64,000 nt of DNA from Trichodelitschia bisporula (lineage: Eukaryota). This document shows positions 1 through 10,182 of this stretch, one piece after another (position 1 is the first letter of the stretch; the number at the start of each line of letters is the position of its first letter). The notes under the pieces are model-generated. The model was given only the letters and a program-made list of their open reading frames with translations, searched no databases and was not told where the DNA came from. The translations under genes were made by a program, and so were the position numbers. Where the stretch lies: positions 371,224 to 435,223 of the forward strand of contig ML996694.1 in assembly GCA_010356995.1 (NCBI GenBank), given 5' to 3'.

Positions 1-905
1 CAGTTTGGCGACTTTGCCAATAACGCTCAGTGCATCATCGACCAGTTCATCGCCTCTGGTGAAGTCAAGTGGCTCCAGCGTACTGGCCTGGTGATGTCGC
101 TGCCCCATGGTTACGACGGTCAGGGACCGGAACACTCATCTGGCCGCATGGAGCGCTTCCTGCAGCTCTGTAACGAGGACCCGCGTATCTTCCCTTCACC
201 TGAGAAGCTTGACCGCCAGCACCAGGACTGCAACATGCAGATTGTCTACTGCACGAAGCCGAGCAACCTCTTCCACATCCTGCGTCGGCAAATGAACCGC
301 CAGTTCCGCAAGCGTAAGTCTTGCCCTCCGTCTAGGCTATAGCTTGACACTGACCCTCCACAGCCTTGATCCTCTTCTTCAGCAAATCGCTGCTGCGTCA
401 CCCCATCGCCCGCTCCTCGCTTGACGAGTTCACCGGCGATTCGCATTTCCGGTGGATTGTTACAGACCCTGCTCACGATTCGGGTGAAATTGCGCCGAAG
501 GATGAGATCAAGCGCGTCATCCTGTGTACCGGACAGGTGTACGCTGCGCTCGTCAAGCACCGCGAGGACATTGGCGACAAGACGACGGCCATCACGCGTC
601 TCGAGCAGCTGCACCCCTTCCCCTGGGCGCAGCTCAAGGGCAATCTCGACGGCTATCCCAACGCCGAGGCCATCGTGTGGGCTCAGGAGGAGCCGCTCAA
701 CGCCGGCGCCTGGAGCTTCACCCAGCCGCGTATTGAGACCCTGCTCAACGAGACGGAGTATCACAACCGCCGGCACGTGTTGTACGCAGGACGCAACCCG
801 AGCGCTAGCGTGGCGACGGGCCTGAAGCACATCCACAAGTCGGAGGAGAAGGAGTTGTTGGAGGCGGCCTTCCAGGTACGGCAGGAGAAGCTTAAGGGCG
901 AGTGA
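1..905 (+). CDS. KGD1: 2-oxoglutarate dehydrogenase E1 component, 3' part (truncated by window). Exons <1-313, 364-905
   Basis: Motifs [44 protein letters not shown]. Intron 314-363 (GTAAGT..CTGAC..CAG) restores [17 protein letters not shown]. Confidence 0.97.
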
Positions 906-1619
906 GTTCAGAGTTCAGTGCAGCGGCTGGGAGTCGAGATACATAGACATTGCATGTGCTCATGAGGGCTGAGCGGTAATGAATGCTGTGAACGGTTGAG
1001 GCGGGTTGTGCGTTTGACGAGGCATGACGCGTGCCGAGAGCTGTAGGATTGATGAATCCGGGGGCAATAAGGGTTGGGTAGGGGCGGTGCAGACAACAAT
1101 ACATTTTTCTTGAACATTATTAGGGCTGGCAAGGAATTGTCTTTTCGGCTGGCTTGTGGCGAACCGATGCGGTCAAGCAAGCGCAGGCTTTATTCTCTCG
1201 TCCAATCGACCGTTTTACTGTACTTGTTCCATGTATTCTATAGCTGTGTCCTTTAGTTGCTTCTTCTCGTTGTCCGTCTCCGAGTACATAGAAACACTTT
1301 TCGATGCTTAGATCTTGTTACGCTGCGCGAGACTACTTGGGATTGAGCTGTGAATAAAGATCTACCGCATATGTCGCGAAGCTGCTTTTATTGAGGAAAG
1401 TTGCTTACTAACCGCGAGAAGCACAAAATGGCTGCATTCAACAGCCACCCAAAAGCGTAGGGTAAGGAGCTCCCAAAGAACCAGCAGCTCAACAGAAAGA
1501 AAACGGTAGGAGTTACATCCATGAAGCCGAACCGGATCTGGTCCCGAGTTTCCCGGTCAAAGAAAATATCAAGACGGCCCGGATAGCCCAGCCGAAGCCG
1601 ATCACGGCGCACTCGCGCT

Positions 1620-2683
1620 TCAACGCCGTCCCGGCCTCTTCGGCTTCGAAAACCCCGTCTTCGTCTCCTCCTTAACCGCAAACTCCTCCTCAATAGCGCC
1701 AGCAGTAATCTCGCTCGGATCCGACGCCTCGATCTAGTCCGGTTAGCCATCGGCCCGTCCTTACATGCCGAACTTACCTTCTTCGCCAGGTCCCCTCCCG
1801 CACTCTTAGCCAGCGCCTCCGCGCTCCTCCTCGAGCTGGCATACAGCATCTTGTCCTTAATCCGTGCCTGAGTAGGGCACGTATAAATGAACACAGGCTT
1901 CAGCTCCCCAGCCCCACCGTACCCATACACTGCGTACCGCGGCTCATCGGCAGATAAATACCGCGCCACATCCCCGGGCTGCACGCCCTCGCGCACCGGC
2001 GTCCCCTCGTCCTCAAGCACGATGCGCTCGTCCTGCCCAATCCGCAAAACAACAAGGCCGCCCGGGCCCAGCGCCTTCAGGGCGTCAACCGCGCTGCCCG
2101 CGTTTGCCATCGTGAACCCGCCCGCAGGGCCGTATCCCGCGCCGCGCCTCTCCGTGCCCCCCACCTCTGCTGCCTCAGCCGCCCTGATGTCCTCGAGATC
2201 ACGCTCCGCAGCCGTAAGCGGCGCATCAGCCTTGCCATGCGCCTCGTGGCGCGCCCATCCCTCGGGTCCCACCTCGTTGGCCGTAGTCGCGAAGATGCTG
2301 TCGCCGAAGTGTTCGCCGCCGAGTTCGCGGGTGAGGGTGAGGCGGGTGGAGGCGAAGAGTGTCTTTTGGCGGACGGGGGCGGCGTCGGGGACGTAGGTTA
2401 TTGTGACCAGGGAGTTGGTGGTGGGCGGGCGGAGGAGGATGTAGAGGGCTTCTGTTGGGGTGAGGAGGGAGGAGAGGGTGCTGAGGTCGGAGTCGAAGGA
2501 GGGGGTGCTATCGAGGGTGCGGGTTGGGACGAGGGTTTCGCATTGGATTGAGATGAGGAGGGCACGCTTGGAGGGGTCGGTTTGGAAGGTTGTGAAGGCG
2601 TCGTGGAGCTCGCGGGCGGCTAGGGGGTGTTAGTGGGGGTGGGGTGCGGGGGGAAGGTGCGAACCTGTGATTCCGGACTGCAT
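1620..2683 (-). CDS. TWF1: Twinfilin (tandem ADF-H actin monomer-binding protein). Exons 2683-2665, 2619-1778, 1733-1620
   Basis: MQSGITAARELHDAF start; FIYTCPTQARIKDKMLYASSR; C-terminal GFSKPKRPGRR tail. Two canonical short introns. Confidence 0.92.
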
Positions 2684-2969
2684 TTTGGCGGTTGGGGGAT
2701 AGGAATACGGAAGAGGTGTTTAGATGTGTAGATATACACTCCTGCGTGTTGTTGCCTGCAGCACTGTAATCTCCCAAAGCTGTTGCCTTCGGAGCACCCT
2801 CCTTCCCCGCGGGGGCGGGATGAGGTGTTGCGATGCTTAACCTTAGCGGGGCGCCGCCCTCCAAGCCCGGCAGATTTTCCGCTCCGCACGGCCCGCGCGC
2901 AAAGTACCTCCATACACATCACCGGCGTTGAACCCGCCCGCAACAACAGCTGCCTGCGCTTCAGCCAAG

Positions 2970-3524
2970 ATGATTCAATTAAAGGTATGCGCCATGGCGT
3001 TTCGCCGCGTCACCTCACTAATGTCCCCAGACCCTGCTGAACTGCATCGACAACTCTGGCGCCGCGATTGTGGAGTGCATCAAGGTGCTGCGGATGGAAC
3101 GCGCGGCTCGTGTAGGTGCGTCGGCAGCCTGTTCGCACCTCAGGCTGAGCTGCAGCTGACGAGCGCAGGGGACCGGATCATCGTCGTGGTGCAGAAGCAA
3201 CGGAATTTTGGCCCCGAGAGCGGACCGGGCGGGTCGGTGTCCATCTCGGCCGCGAACAAAGTCCGCCGGGGTGATATTCGGCATGCGGTCGTGGTGCGCA
3301 CGGCGAAGAAGACCCAACGGAAAGATGGGACGGTGGTGCGGTTCGACGACAACGCATGTGTTCTGATCAACAAGAACGGGGAGCCAATTGGGAGCCGGTT
3401 CAACGGTGAGTGGATGCAGCTGCTTCTCTCTGGACAAGGGCTAATATTACCAGGCGTCGTGGGACGAGAACTGCGGGACAAGCAATGGTCGAAGATCCTG
3501 TCTCTGGCTCCTATGCACGTATAG
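2970..3524 (+). CDS. MRPL38: Mitochondrial ribosomal protein uL14m. Exons 2970-2984, 3031-3115, 3169-3405, 3454-3524
   Basis: [60 protein letters not shown]. Confidence 0.95.
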   Translation: MIQLKVCAMAFRRVTSLMSPDPAELHRQLWRRDCGVHQGAADGTRGSCRCVGSLFAPQAELQLTSAGDRIIVVVQKQRNFGPESGPGGSVSISAANKVRRGDIRHAVVVRTAKKTQRKDGTVVRFDDNACVLINKNGEPIGSRFNGEWMQLLLSGQGLILPGVVGRELRDKQWSKILSLAPMHV

Positions 3525-3730
3525 CGTCACTCGGAACGGCGCACAATTCATGAGGTCATCTGCATAGGCGGGCGTTTCGGGGAAGGAAACCTTCAAATTT
3601 CATGTATCATAAGCCCACAGGACGGTATCAAAGACGTCCCAACACCAGTTCAACCCCATGGAAGACGCCGACAAATGCCCCCACCCCCAACTCCAGCCGA
3701 ACCAAGTCATTTAATGCTCGTCAGGATCCG

Positions 3731-4556
3731 TCATTGCCAAACGTTCCCGCAGGTCGTGCAGACGAAGTAAAGTTTCTGAGCATGTTAGGACAAGGAGCAG
3801 TGCGGGAATAGTCACCTACCATCCCGGTCTCTGCCGTGCGCTGCTGGGACTGGAAGAAGACGGCTTCATGCTCGCCGCAGCTCGTACACGTCTTATTGAT
3901 ACGAGGGAGCTACCAGTGCAGACAGGACGTTAGCATTACTCAAGACAACCTTCTAATGTGCCACCCGCTATGCTACTGCTGCTGTGACTGCTGGTCCGTC
4001 GGGGGTTCGAGCCGCTGCTGCTGCTGGTCGAGCTGTTGAGATGTCTGGTCGTGGGACTGAAGCGGCGGCGACGGAGGCGGCGTATGAGCCTCTGTCGGCG
4101 GGTCGGTGTCTTCGACTTCCAGCCAGAACCCCCGATCCGTCACTTGGCCGCAGATCTCACAGCGAATCTCCTGCCCGCAAAGGGTACAGAAATCGGGAAT
4201 GTGGAGACCAACCGTTGGATCCTGGCCGACGTCTTGGGTGATGCCGGCTGTGTCGCCGACAGTGCTGCTGATGGTGTTGTTGTATATGCAAGCGGTAGTG
4301 GCAGGTTCGCTGTACGCGCATGTACGACAGGCGAACTCAAGGGCGTTGTTGACCTTGTCTTCCTTGGGGTACAGAAGATTCGAACTTGATGATAGTTAGC
4401 GAATATCCGGGGTATACGAGAATAGATGGTGACAAAATCAACCATATACATGAAGAAACGGAAGCAAAGGGTAACTCACCACTCGCGACAGAAGCGGAAA
4501 GCGACCTTTCCAGAGGATGGCTGGCCGTTCTCGGATGCGCTGGGAGAGTCGGCCAT
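3731..4556 (-). CDS. RPB9: RNA polymerase II subunit RPB9 (127 aa spliced). Exons 4556-4480, 4384-4213, 3909-3820, 3775-3731
   Basis: FRFCRECSNLLYPKED..FACRTC; TQDVGQDPT|LPRINKTCTSCGEHEAVFFQSQQRTAETGM|KLYFVCTTC (both zinc ribbons). Not in the ORF track as a whole; assembled manually. Confidence 0.96.
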
Positions 4557-5163
4557 GACAGCGTAGGGGCTTTAGCGGGGGATTTGTGCGAAGCTTCGAA
4601 GATGGAAACGTTATCGTGAGTGGGCAAGCTGCTTCGGCACTGGACAGTGTTGAGTCGGAGCTGGCAAACCTTGTGTAAGTTCTTTGAAGAAGCAGAGAGA
4701 ACAATGGAAGCGCGGGTCCGATGGATGACACAGATGACCGTGAACGGCGTTCACAGGTCGACGAGTCGGAGAGGATCAACATTCATCCAGGACTCAGCCA
4801 AGAGACGGAAGAAGTGTGGTGATTGGATGTTGCCCCGCCGCCTGCTTGGTTGGCCCCTCCCTTGCATATGATCGCGCGAATGATCCCTTGGTGTTGGCGT
4901 GCTCTTGGTGTTAGGTGGGCAGCCTCTAACTCGAAGCCCCCCTCCCCCCCCCATCCCCGCCCAGGCACTTTGCACACCGTGTGTTGTACATCCCGAGAGC
5001 TCAACCCCAACCCCATCTCCCATCATCCTCCCTCCCTCCCACCATACAGTATATTCTACCCCATTACCTCCTACTTGCACCCCCTTCACCTCGAGGGCTG
5101 CAAGCATTAGATCAACACACCTTCCCTTTCCACTTAGGAGTCTTCACGTCCCACGAACACACC

Positions 5164-5914
5164 ATGGTAACTGTAAGCTCATTCACCATCCCTTTTTTAC
5201 CTATCAACCTAACGGCTGCTAGACCGACTCCGGCCTCCCCGAAGGATGGGAAGTTCGGATCTCCAACTCCAAGAACCTCCCCTACTACTTCAACCCTAGC
5301 ACCAAGGAGTCACGGTGGGAGCCCCCAGAGGGTTCCGATACGGAGAAGCTCAAGACATACATGGCGAGTTACCACACTTCGGCCATAAACCGGTCAAATC
5401 TTTCGTCAAACCAGGACGGCCGTATTCGCTGTGCGCATTTGCTTGTTAAGCACCGCGAGAGCAGGCGTCCGTCGAGCTGGAAGGAGCCAAAGATCAGCCG
5501 GACCAAAGACGAGGCGTTGGCTATCCTCAGTGACCACGAGGCGACTATCAAGTCTGGAGAGAAAACTCTTGGAGATATTGCCGTTACTGAGTCGGACTGT
5601 AGCAGCGCACGAAAGCGCGGAGATCTGTATGCTTTACGTTGCATTTTGGCAAGCCTAGCCGAGCGAATATGCTAACGCCTTTGATGCAGGGGCTTTTTTG
5701 GCAAGGGGGATATGCAAAAAGAGTTCGAAGATGCCGCTTTTGCTCTCAAGGTTGGTGAGATTAGCCGCATCGTGGAGACGGCTTCAGGACTGCACTTGAT
5801 TGAGAGGTATGTCTTACCCTTGTCTGCACCCTCCCATGGCTTCACCTTGTCTGCGTTTCGTCATCACTTCTTGGGTCGGCGGCATGGTTTACTGATTTCT
5901 CCAGGCTCGAGTAA
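5164..5914 (+). CDS. ESS1: Parvulin peptidyl-prolyl isomerase with WW domain (Ess1/Pin1). First coding exon is ATG only (5164-5166); three introns
   Basis: [21 protein letters not shown] (WW); [62 protein letters not shown]. Confidence 0.96.
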
Positions 5915-7469
5915 TGCGCCAAAATACCCTACCAACGCACAACACGACCCGACAGCCCCACCATCGGAACCTGGCAGCGGACGAGACATCAGAAGATCGG
6001 GTGATGTAGAATGGCATAGCATAGTTCTACACACATTGGGTCGGCTGTATGTTATGATGCTTTATGATATCGCACTGCTCCATCTGCACTCTTGAGAGTC
6101 CGCCACGCACTCGCAAAGCCCAGCTGTGATACCGCAAAACGGCTATTCGGCCCGACACCTGGGGTGCACCTGTCTCTGCTTCGCATTGCCGACTTTAACC
6201 GCCGCGTCCACGCGCCCCGTTCGCATGGCCCAAGGGGAGCGCCTTTGCCTACTGCGTTCGCAGGCCCGGCTGCAATGCAACAGGAAAGGTGCATGTTAGG
6301 CATCAACCGACTGTGGGTTTCAATCAGCATCCGGCCTCCCGCAGTAGCCGGTGGCAAGGGTACAAGGATCGCCACGGGCTGCAGAATCGACGAATCGACG
6401 TCTCGGTACGAGCTGAATATGGGAAAGTTGGAAAAGTTGCAACCAGCATGGGAATGGTCTGCATGGCATTCTATCCGCGATCAACTGCGAACAGGATGAT
6501 TCTGTCTGCGAGAGGAGTAAGGACCAGGTGTGTTTTGAATTTGGGGGAGTGTGCTTTTGCTGAGGGCTTGGATTGGAGGAGTTCGGCGGACTATTTCGTC
6601 ATCGGCATCATCAGCCACTTTTTGGGATTGAACCCAGACGTGGCAGGACCAGCGAGCCGAGCCCAACGTATGAGGCTTGTACTACCACCTCGAACCGGTC
6701 CAACCGATCCATACAATCAACATGGTCCAGCTCCACGCCCCAGCAACCCTCCCCCCGAACATACACAAAGGCGCAAGAGTCAAGATCCTGGTCAACTCTG
6801 TCGTCCTTTCCTAAACTAATTTTCTTTTCTCTACGCCATGCAACATCTTAATCGCTCCTTCTCTAACATTCGGGGCAATTGACCAACCGCCGGGGGGAAT
6901 CAGTCCTGCTCCTTCACTCTGCCAGCGTCACTCCTTCCTCTCAAGCAAAATGCAGAAGTCGCGGTCGACGCCATCTTCATGAGGGTAGGCTAAATCGAGG
7001 AAAGTTCCCTCCATTCTCCCCCCACCTCCTTCCTCAACTACCATCGCCAACCCCACACCTCCTTCGTTTACCAATCTCCCCCTCCCGCACTATCGTCTCC
7101 AACCTTCTTCGATCCCCTTCTTTTAAAAGATCCATCCCTCTTCCCAACGGTCAAACTCGATCCAAACGCAAACACCACCGACCTAAGAGCTTCATCGACT
7201 TTTGCACATCTCTCACGCAACCCACACCCCCAACCCCAACCCCATCACCACACACCTCGTCCCTTCATCTCCATCGAAAAGATCTCTTCCTCAACCTTAT
7301 AGTGCATTCTTCACAAACCGTTCACACGCTCAGCTCTGCAGCTCCCCATTGCTACGCTGTCTTCATCTCGGGACCGTAGTGTATCGCCAGTCGTGGCTTC
7401 CAACGGGTGCTGTAAACCGATTCGACCTCGCGTCCCCCCGGAAGTAGCACCACTGGCACCGCCGTCAAC

Positions 7470-8465
7470 ATGAGCTTCTCAGCTGTTCGTCCGAGGAGTT
7501 CTACGGCAAACTCGTCAAACCGCCGTACGCCTACCTTGGGCAACACTGGATCCACGTTCTCGGCCCCTCGCACTCCGTGCCCCCGTGACGTGGATGCCTT
7601 CAGCTACGATCCCGCTCACCTCGATCGCTGGACCATCCCAGTGGAGCTCTGGAACTCCCTTCCGCCGAGCGTTCAGTCTCCTCTTGTGATGCTTCAGCAG
7701 AATGGTGCTGCAGTCTTCACCTCATTCGACCGTCTTGAGAAGCTGGCCGAGCGGATTCCCCTTGATGCTCCGGGTTCCCCCTCGACGCCTGCCGGCGACT
7801 CTGACGCTGACTGGGCGGTCGAAGAGTCGTTTGAGACGGCTGACTCCATTCACACCAAGATGTTCCGGTCCGGGATGGCTGGTATCCGTCGCGCCTCGTC
7901 GTCGGTTTCTAACATGGCTGGTCATGTTGACATGATGCTGCCTCCTGCCGCCAAACCCCTCCCGCGTGCTCTCAGCGTCTCGACTAGCACCACGTCCGGC
8001 TCATTCCCCGTCAAGGCGCTGCTTTGGTCCCCAGAAGGTCAGATGACACCACCGACGCCTATGTCTCCTGATAGCCCGAGCATCGCTCCGTTCATGCTCT
8101 CGCCACCTGCGTCGAACGCCGGCACTCCGCACTACCCCGACATGTCCGCGTCCCTTCCGTCGTCATGGGATGATGAGAAGCTTCCGCCCAAGAATCCGGC
8201 CGTTCGTGCATACCGTGCTGAGCTGAGTTACCTCCGTGGTGACATCTTGGTGCGCCTTCGCCATCTCGCTCGTAAGGTCGACATGGAGTGGCGCGAGTGC
8301 CGCAAGTACGGCATGATTGCCGGAGGTGACGACATTGAGACCAAATTTGAGGCTTGCTGGAACGCCCGCAAGGAGATGATCGCTGAGGCCGACGCCCTGT
8401 GCCAGCAGTTGTGTGCCGCAATTGGCCTGGAGAAGCGCGCCGATATGTACACCGGTTGCAACTAG
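7470..8465 (+). CDS. Hypothetical protein (331 aa), Ser/Pro-rich centre, predicted helical N- and C-terminal blocks
   Basis: Intronless long ORF, good start context (CAACATGA), coding-like GC3 usage. No function recognised. Confidence 0.8.
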   Translation: MSFSAVRPRSSTANSSNRRTPTLGNTGSTFSAPRTPCPRDVDAFSYDPAHLDRWTIPVELWNSLPPSVQSPLVMLQQNGAAVFTSFDRLEKLAERIPLDAPGSPSTPAGDSDADWAVEESFETADSIHTKMFRSGMAGIRRASSSVSNMAGHVDMMLPPAAKPLPRALSVSTSTTSGSFPVKALLWSPEGQMTPPTPMSPDSPSIAPFMLSPPASNAGTPHYPDMSASLPSSWDDEKLPPKNPAVRAYRAELSYLRGDILVRLRHLARKVDMEWRECRKYGMIAGGDDIETKFEACWNARKEMIAEADALCQQLCAAIGLEKRADMYTGCN

Positions 8466-9302
8466 CCCGGCTGTGGGTTCACGCCGGCATGTGGTCGAGG
8501 CTCTGGTTTTCGGTTCAATGGACAGAGATCATGCTGGCAGATCGCTATGGGGCCCCTTTCTTCATTCGAGCGTTGTTTTCGGTCATGGCGTGGACGTCAA
8601 AGTGTTAGCAAGGCAGGTGTTATGATAAATGTTGTACTTGTATGCTTTACCGTATGCCTTCGGAGGTCTGGGACTGATCCTTGAGGTGCTTTTAATCAGA
8701 TCACCCCCTAACGATTAATACTTAGCCAGCATATTTGATGAACATGTCTGCTCTCAGCTCGAGTGATTGATGTCGTGCGTTATGTGACCCGATGTACTGC
8801 TTGAAGATATTTCCTCTGCAAAGCCTTGAAGCTGACCAAATATTGCGGTATCTGCGTGTATCTGCCACATGGGCTTCGTTAACATGGTAACAGAATATGG
8901 CAATGGTTATCAGTCAAGAGCGGTCGGAGATCAGCGAGTCGTGTCCAGTAAGCATATAAAGTAGCTATTTGTTATGGATTCTCAGCCTTGTGCATGATTT
9001 TGGCAAAGCATGTGGCCTAGCATTCCATTTACGGTATGTGCATAACAAAATCAGGGCAACATATCGCCCTAGTCGCATCCCGTGTGGCTTTCGCGTGAGC
9101 TCCAACGCCTCATGGATCTGGAGTGTAAACCAAAGATATTTCCATCCTTGCAGCCTTGTCGAGGTTCTTTTCAGTAACAGGGCGTCGTGGCTCTAATGAG
9201 CGCATCATAGGGTCATCCGCCAAAAGACGTCTCCCACCGGCATTCTCATTCCTTTTGATGCCTTTCCCAGCTGCTCTCAGCCTGCACAACCGCCACAACC
9301 TC

Positions 9303-9937
9303 TCAGGTTGTGAACAGCGTATCTTCCTCGCGCAAATACTCACCCACATCCGCTTGTCTGAATACCGTCACGGCCGTGGGATCTAGTCTCCGCGCCTCGG
9401 CCGTCGACCGCGCTGTGACACCGAAGCCCTGTCATGCGTTAGCATTCATCCATAAGTCTCCTAGTCGAAGCGACTTGGACGAGCACCTACCAACGGCGTA
9501 TCATTCATGCTGAGCACCACAACGCCCTGATGCTCAGGACAATCCTCACTCCACCGGCCCACATGCGCCTTGACCACATTCCCACCATACAGAAACGGCA
9601 TCTCGCCATTCGCCTTCACCCACACCTTGTACCGCGCATGCGGCGCAATCACATCCAGCGCCGTAATGTGCAGCCGGAACTTGCCCGTCTTGGTGAACTT
9701 GCCGATACACGTCCCGAGGGAGAGCAGATTCGGCCTTGCTACGCTGGTCGCGAGGTTCGCGAGGCTCTCCCGCACGTAGTACACGCGCGAGTTCTGGATG
9801 CGGAAGACGTGTCGCTCGGCGGGGGTTGTAGAGCCGGCGGCTGCGGGAGGCGCGATTAGGTGGGTCAGTGAGGGCCCGGTGTAGTTTGCGAGCTTGGAGA
9901 AGAGGGTTTGCGTCTCGGTTTCGGTGAGGGGGCGCAT
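9303..9937 (-). CDS. NIP7: 60S ribosome biogenesis protein Nip7 (PUA domain). Exons 9937-9491, 9428-9303
   Basis: [58 protein letters not shown]. Confidence 0.97.
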
Positions 9938-10182
9938 TTTGGCGGTTTGGAGAGCGGAGATGCTGGTGCGGACGTGGATTGGCGGCTGGAGGGTTCTTGT
10001 CTGAATCTCTCTGAAAATTATTGAAGTCGCGAAGCTCGGGCCGTCCCCGACAGTCTTTAGCCTGCCAAGATTTCGCCCGGGGTGCAACTTTTTTTCGAGC
10101 TGCGCCTCCCGCCCGCTGAGTTCACATCAGATCTCTTCTCAGAACTCTTGATACGGAATTTCTGGCCACGCACGCACGCACA
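9938..10182. promoter_or_regulatory. Bidirectional promoter between NIP7 and NOC3 with RRPE-like T/A tracts
   Basis: 245-bp head-to-head spacer containing TGAAAATTATT (~10012) and CAACTTTTTTT (~10085). Confidence 0.55.

Noticed and set aside
1388..1777. Arg-rich/hydrophobic extension of the twinfilin ORF
   Set aside because: Arises from reading through a canonical 44-nt intron. The spliced form gives the conserved twinfilin tail and the extension has no recognisable motif.
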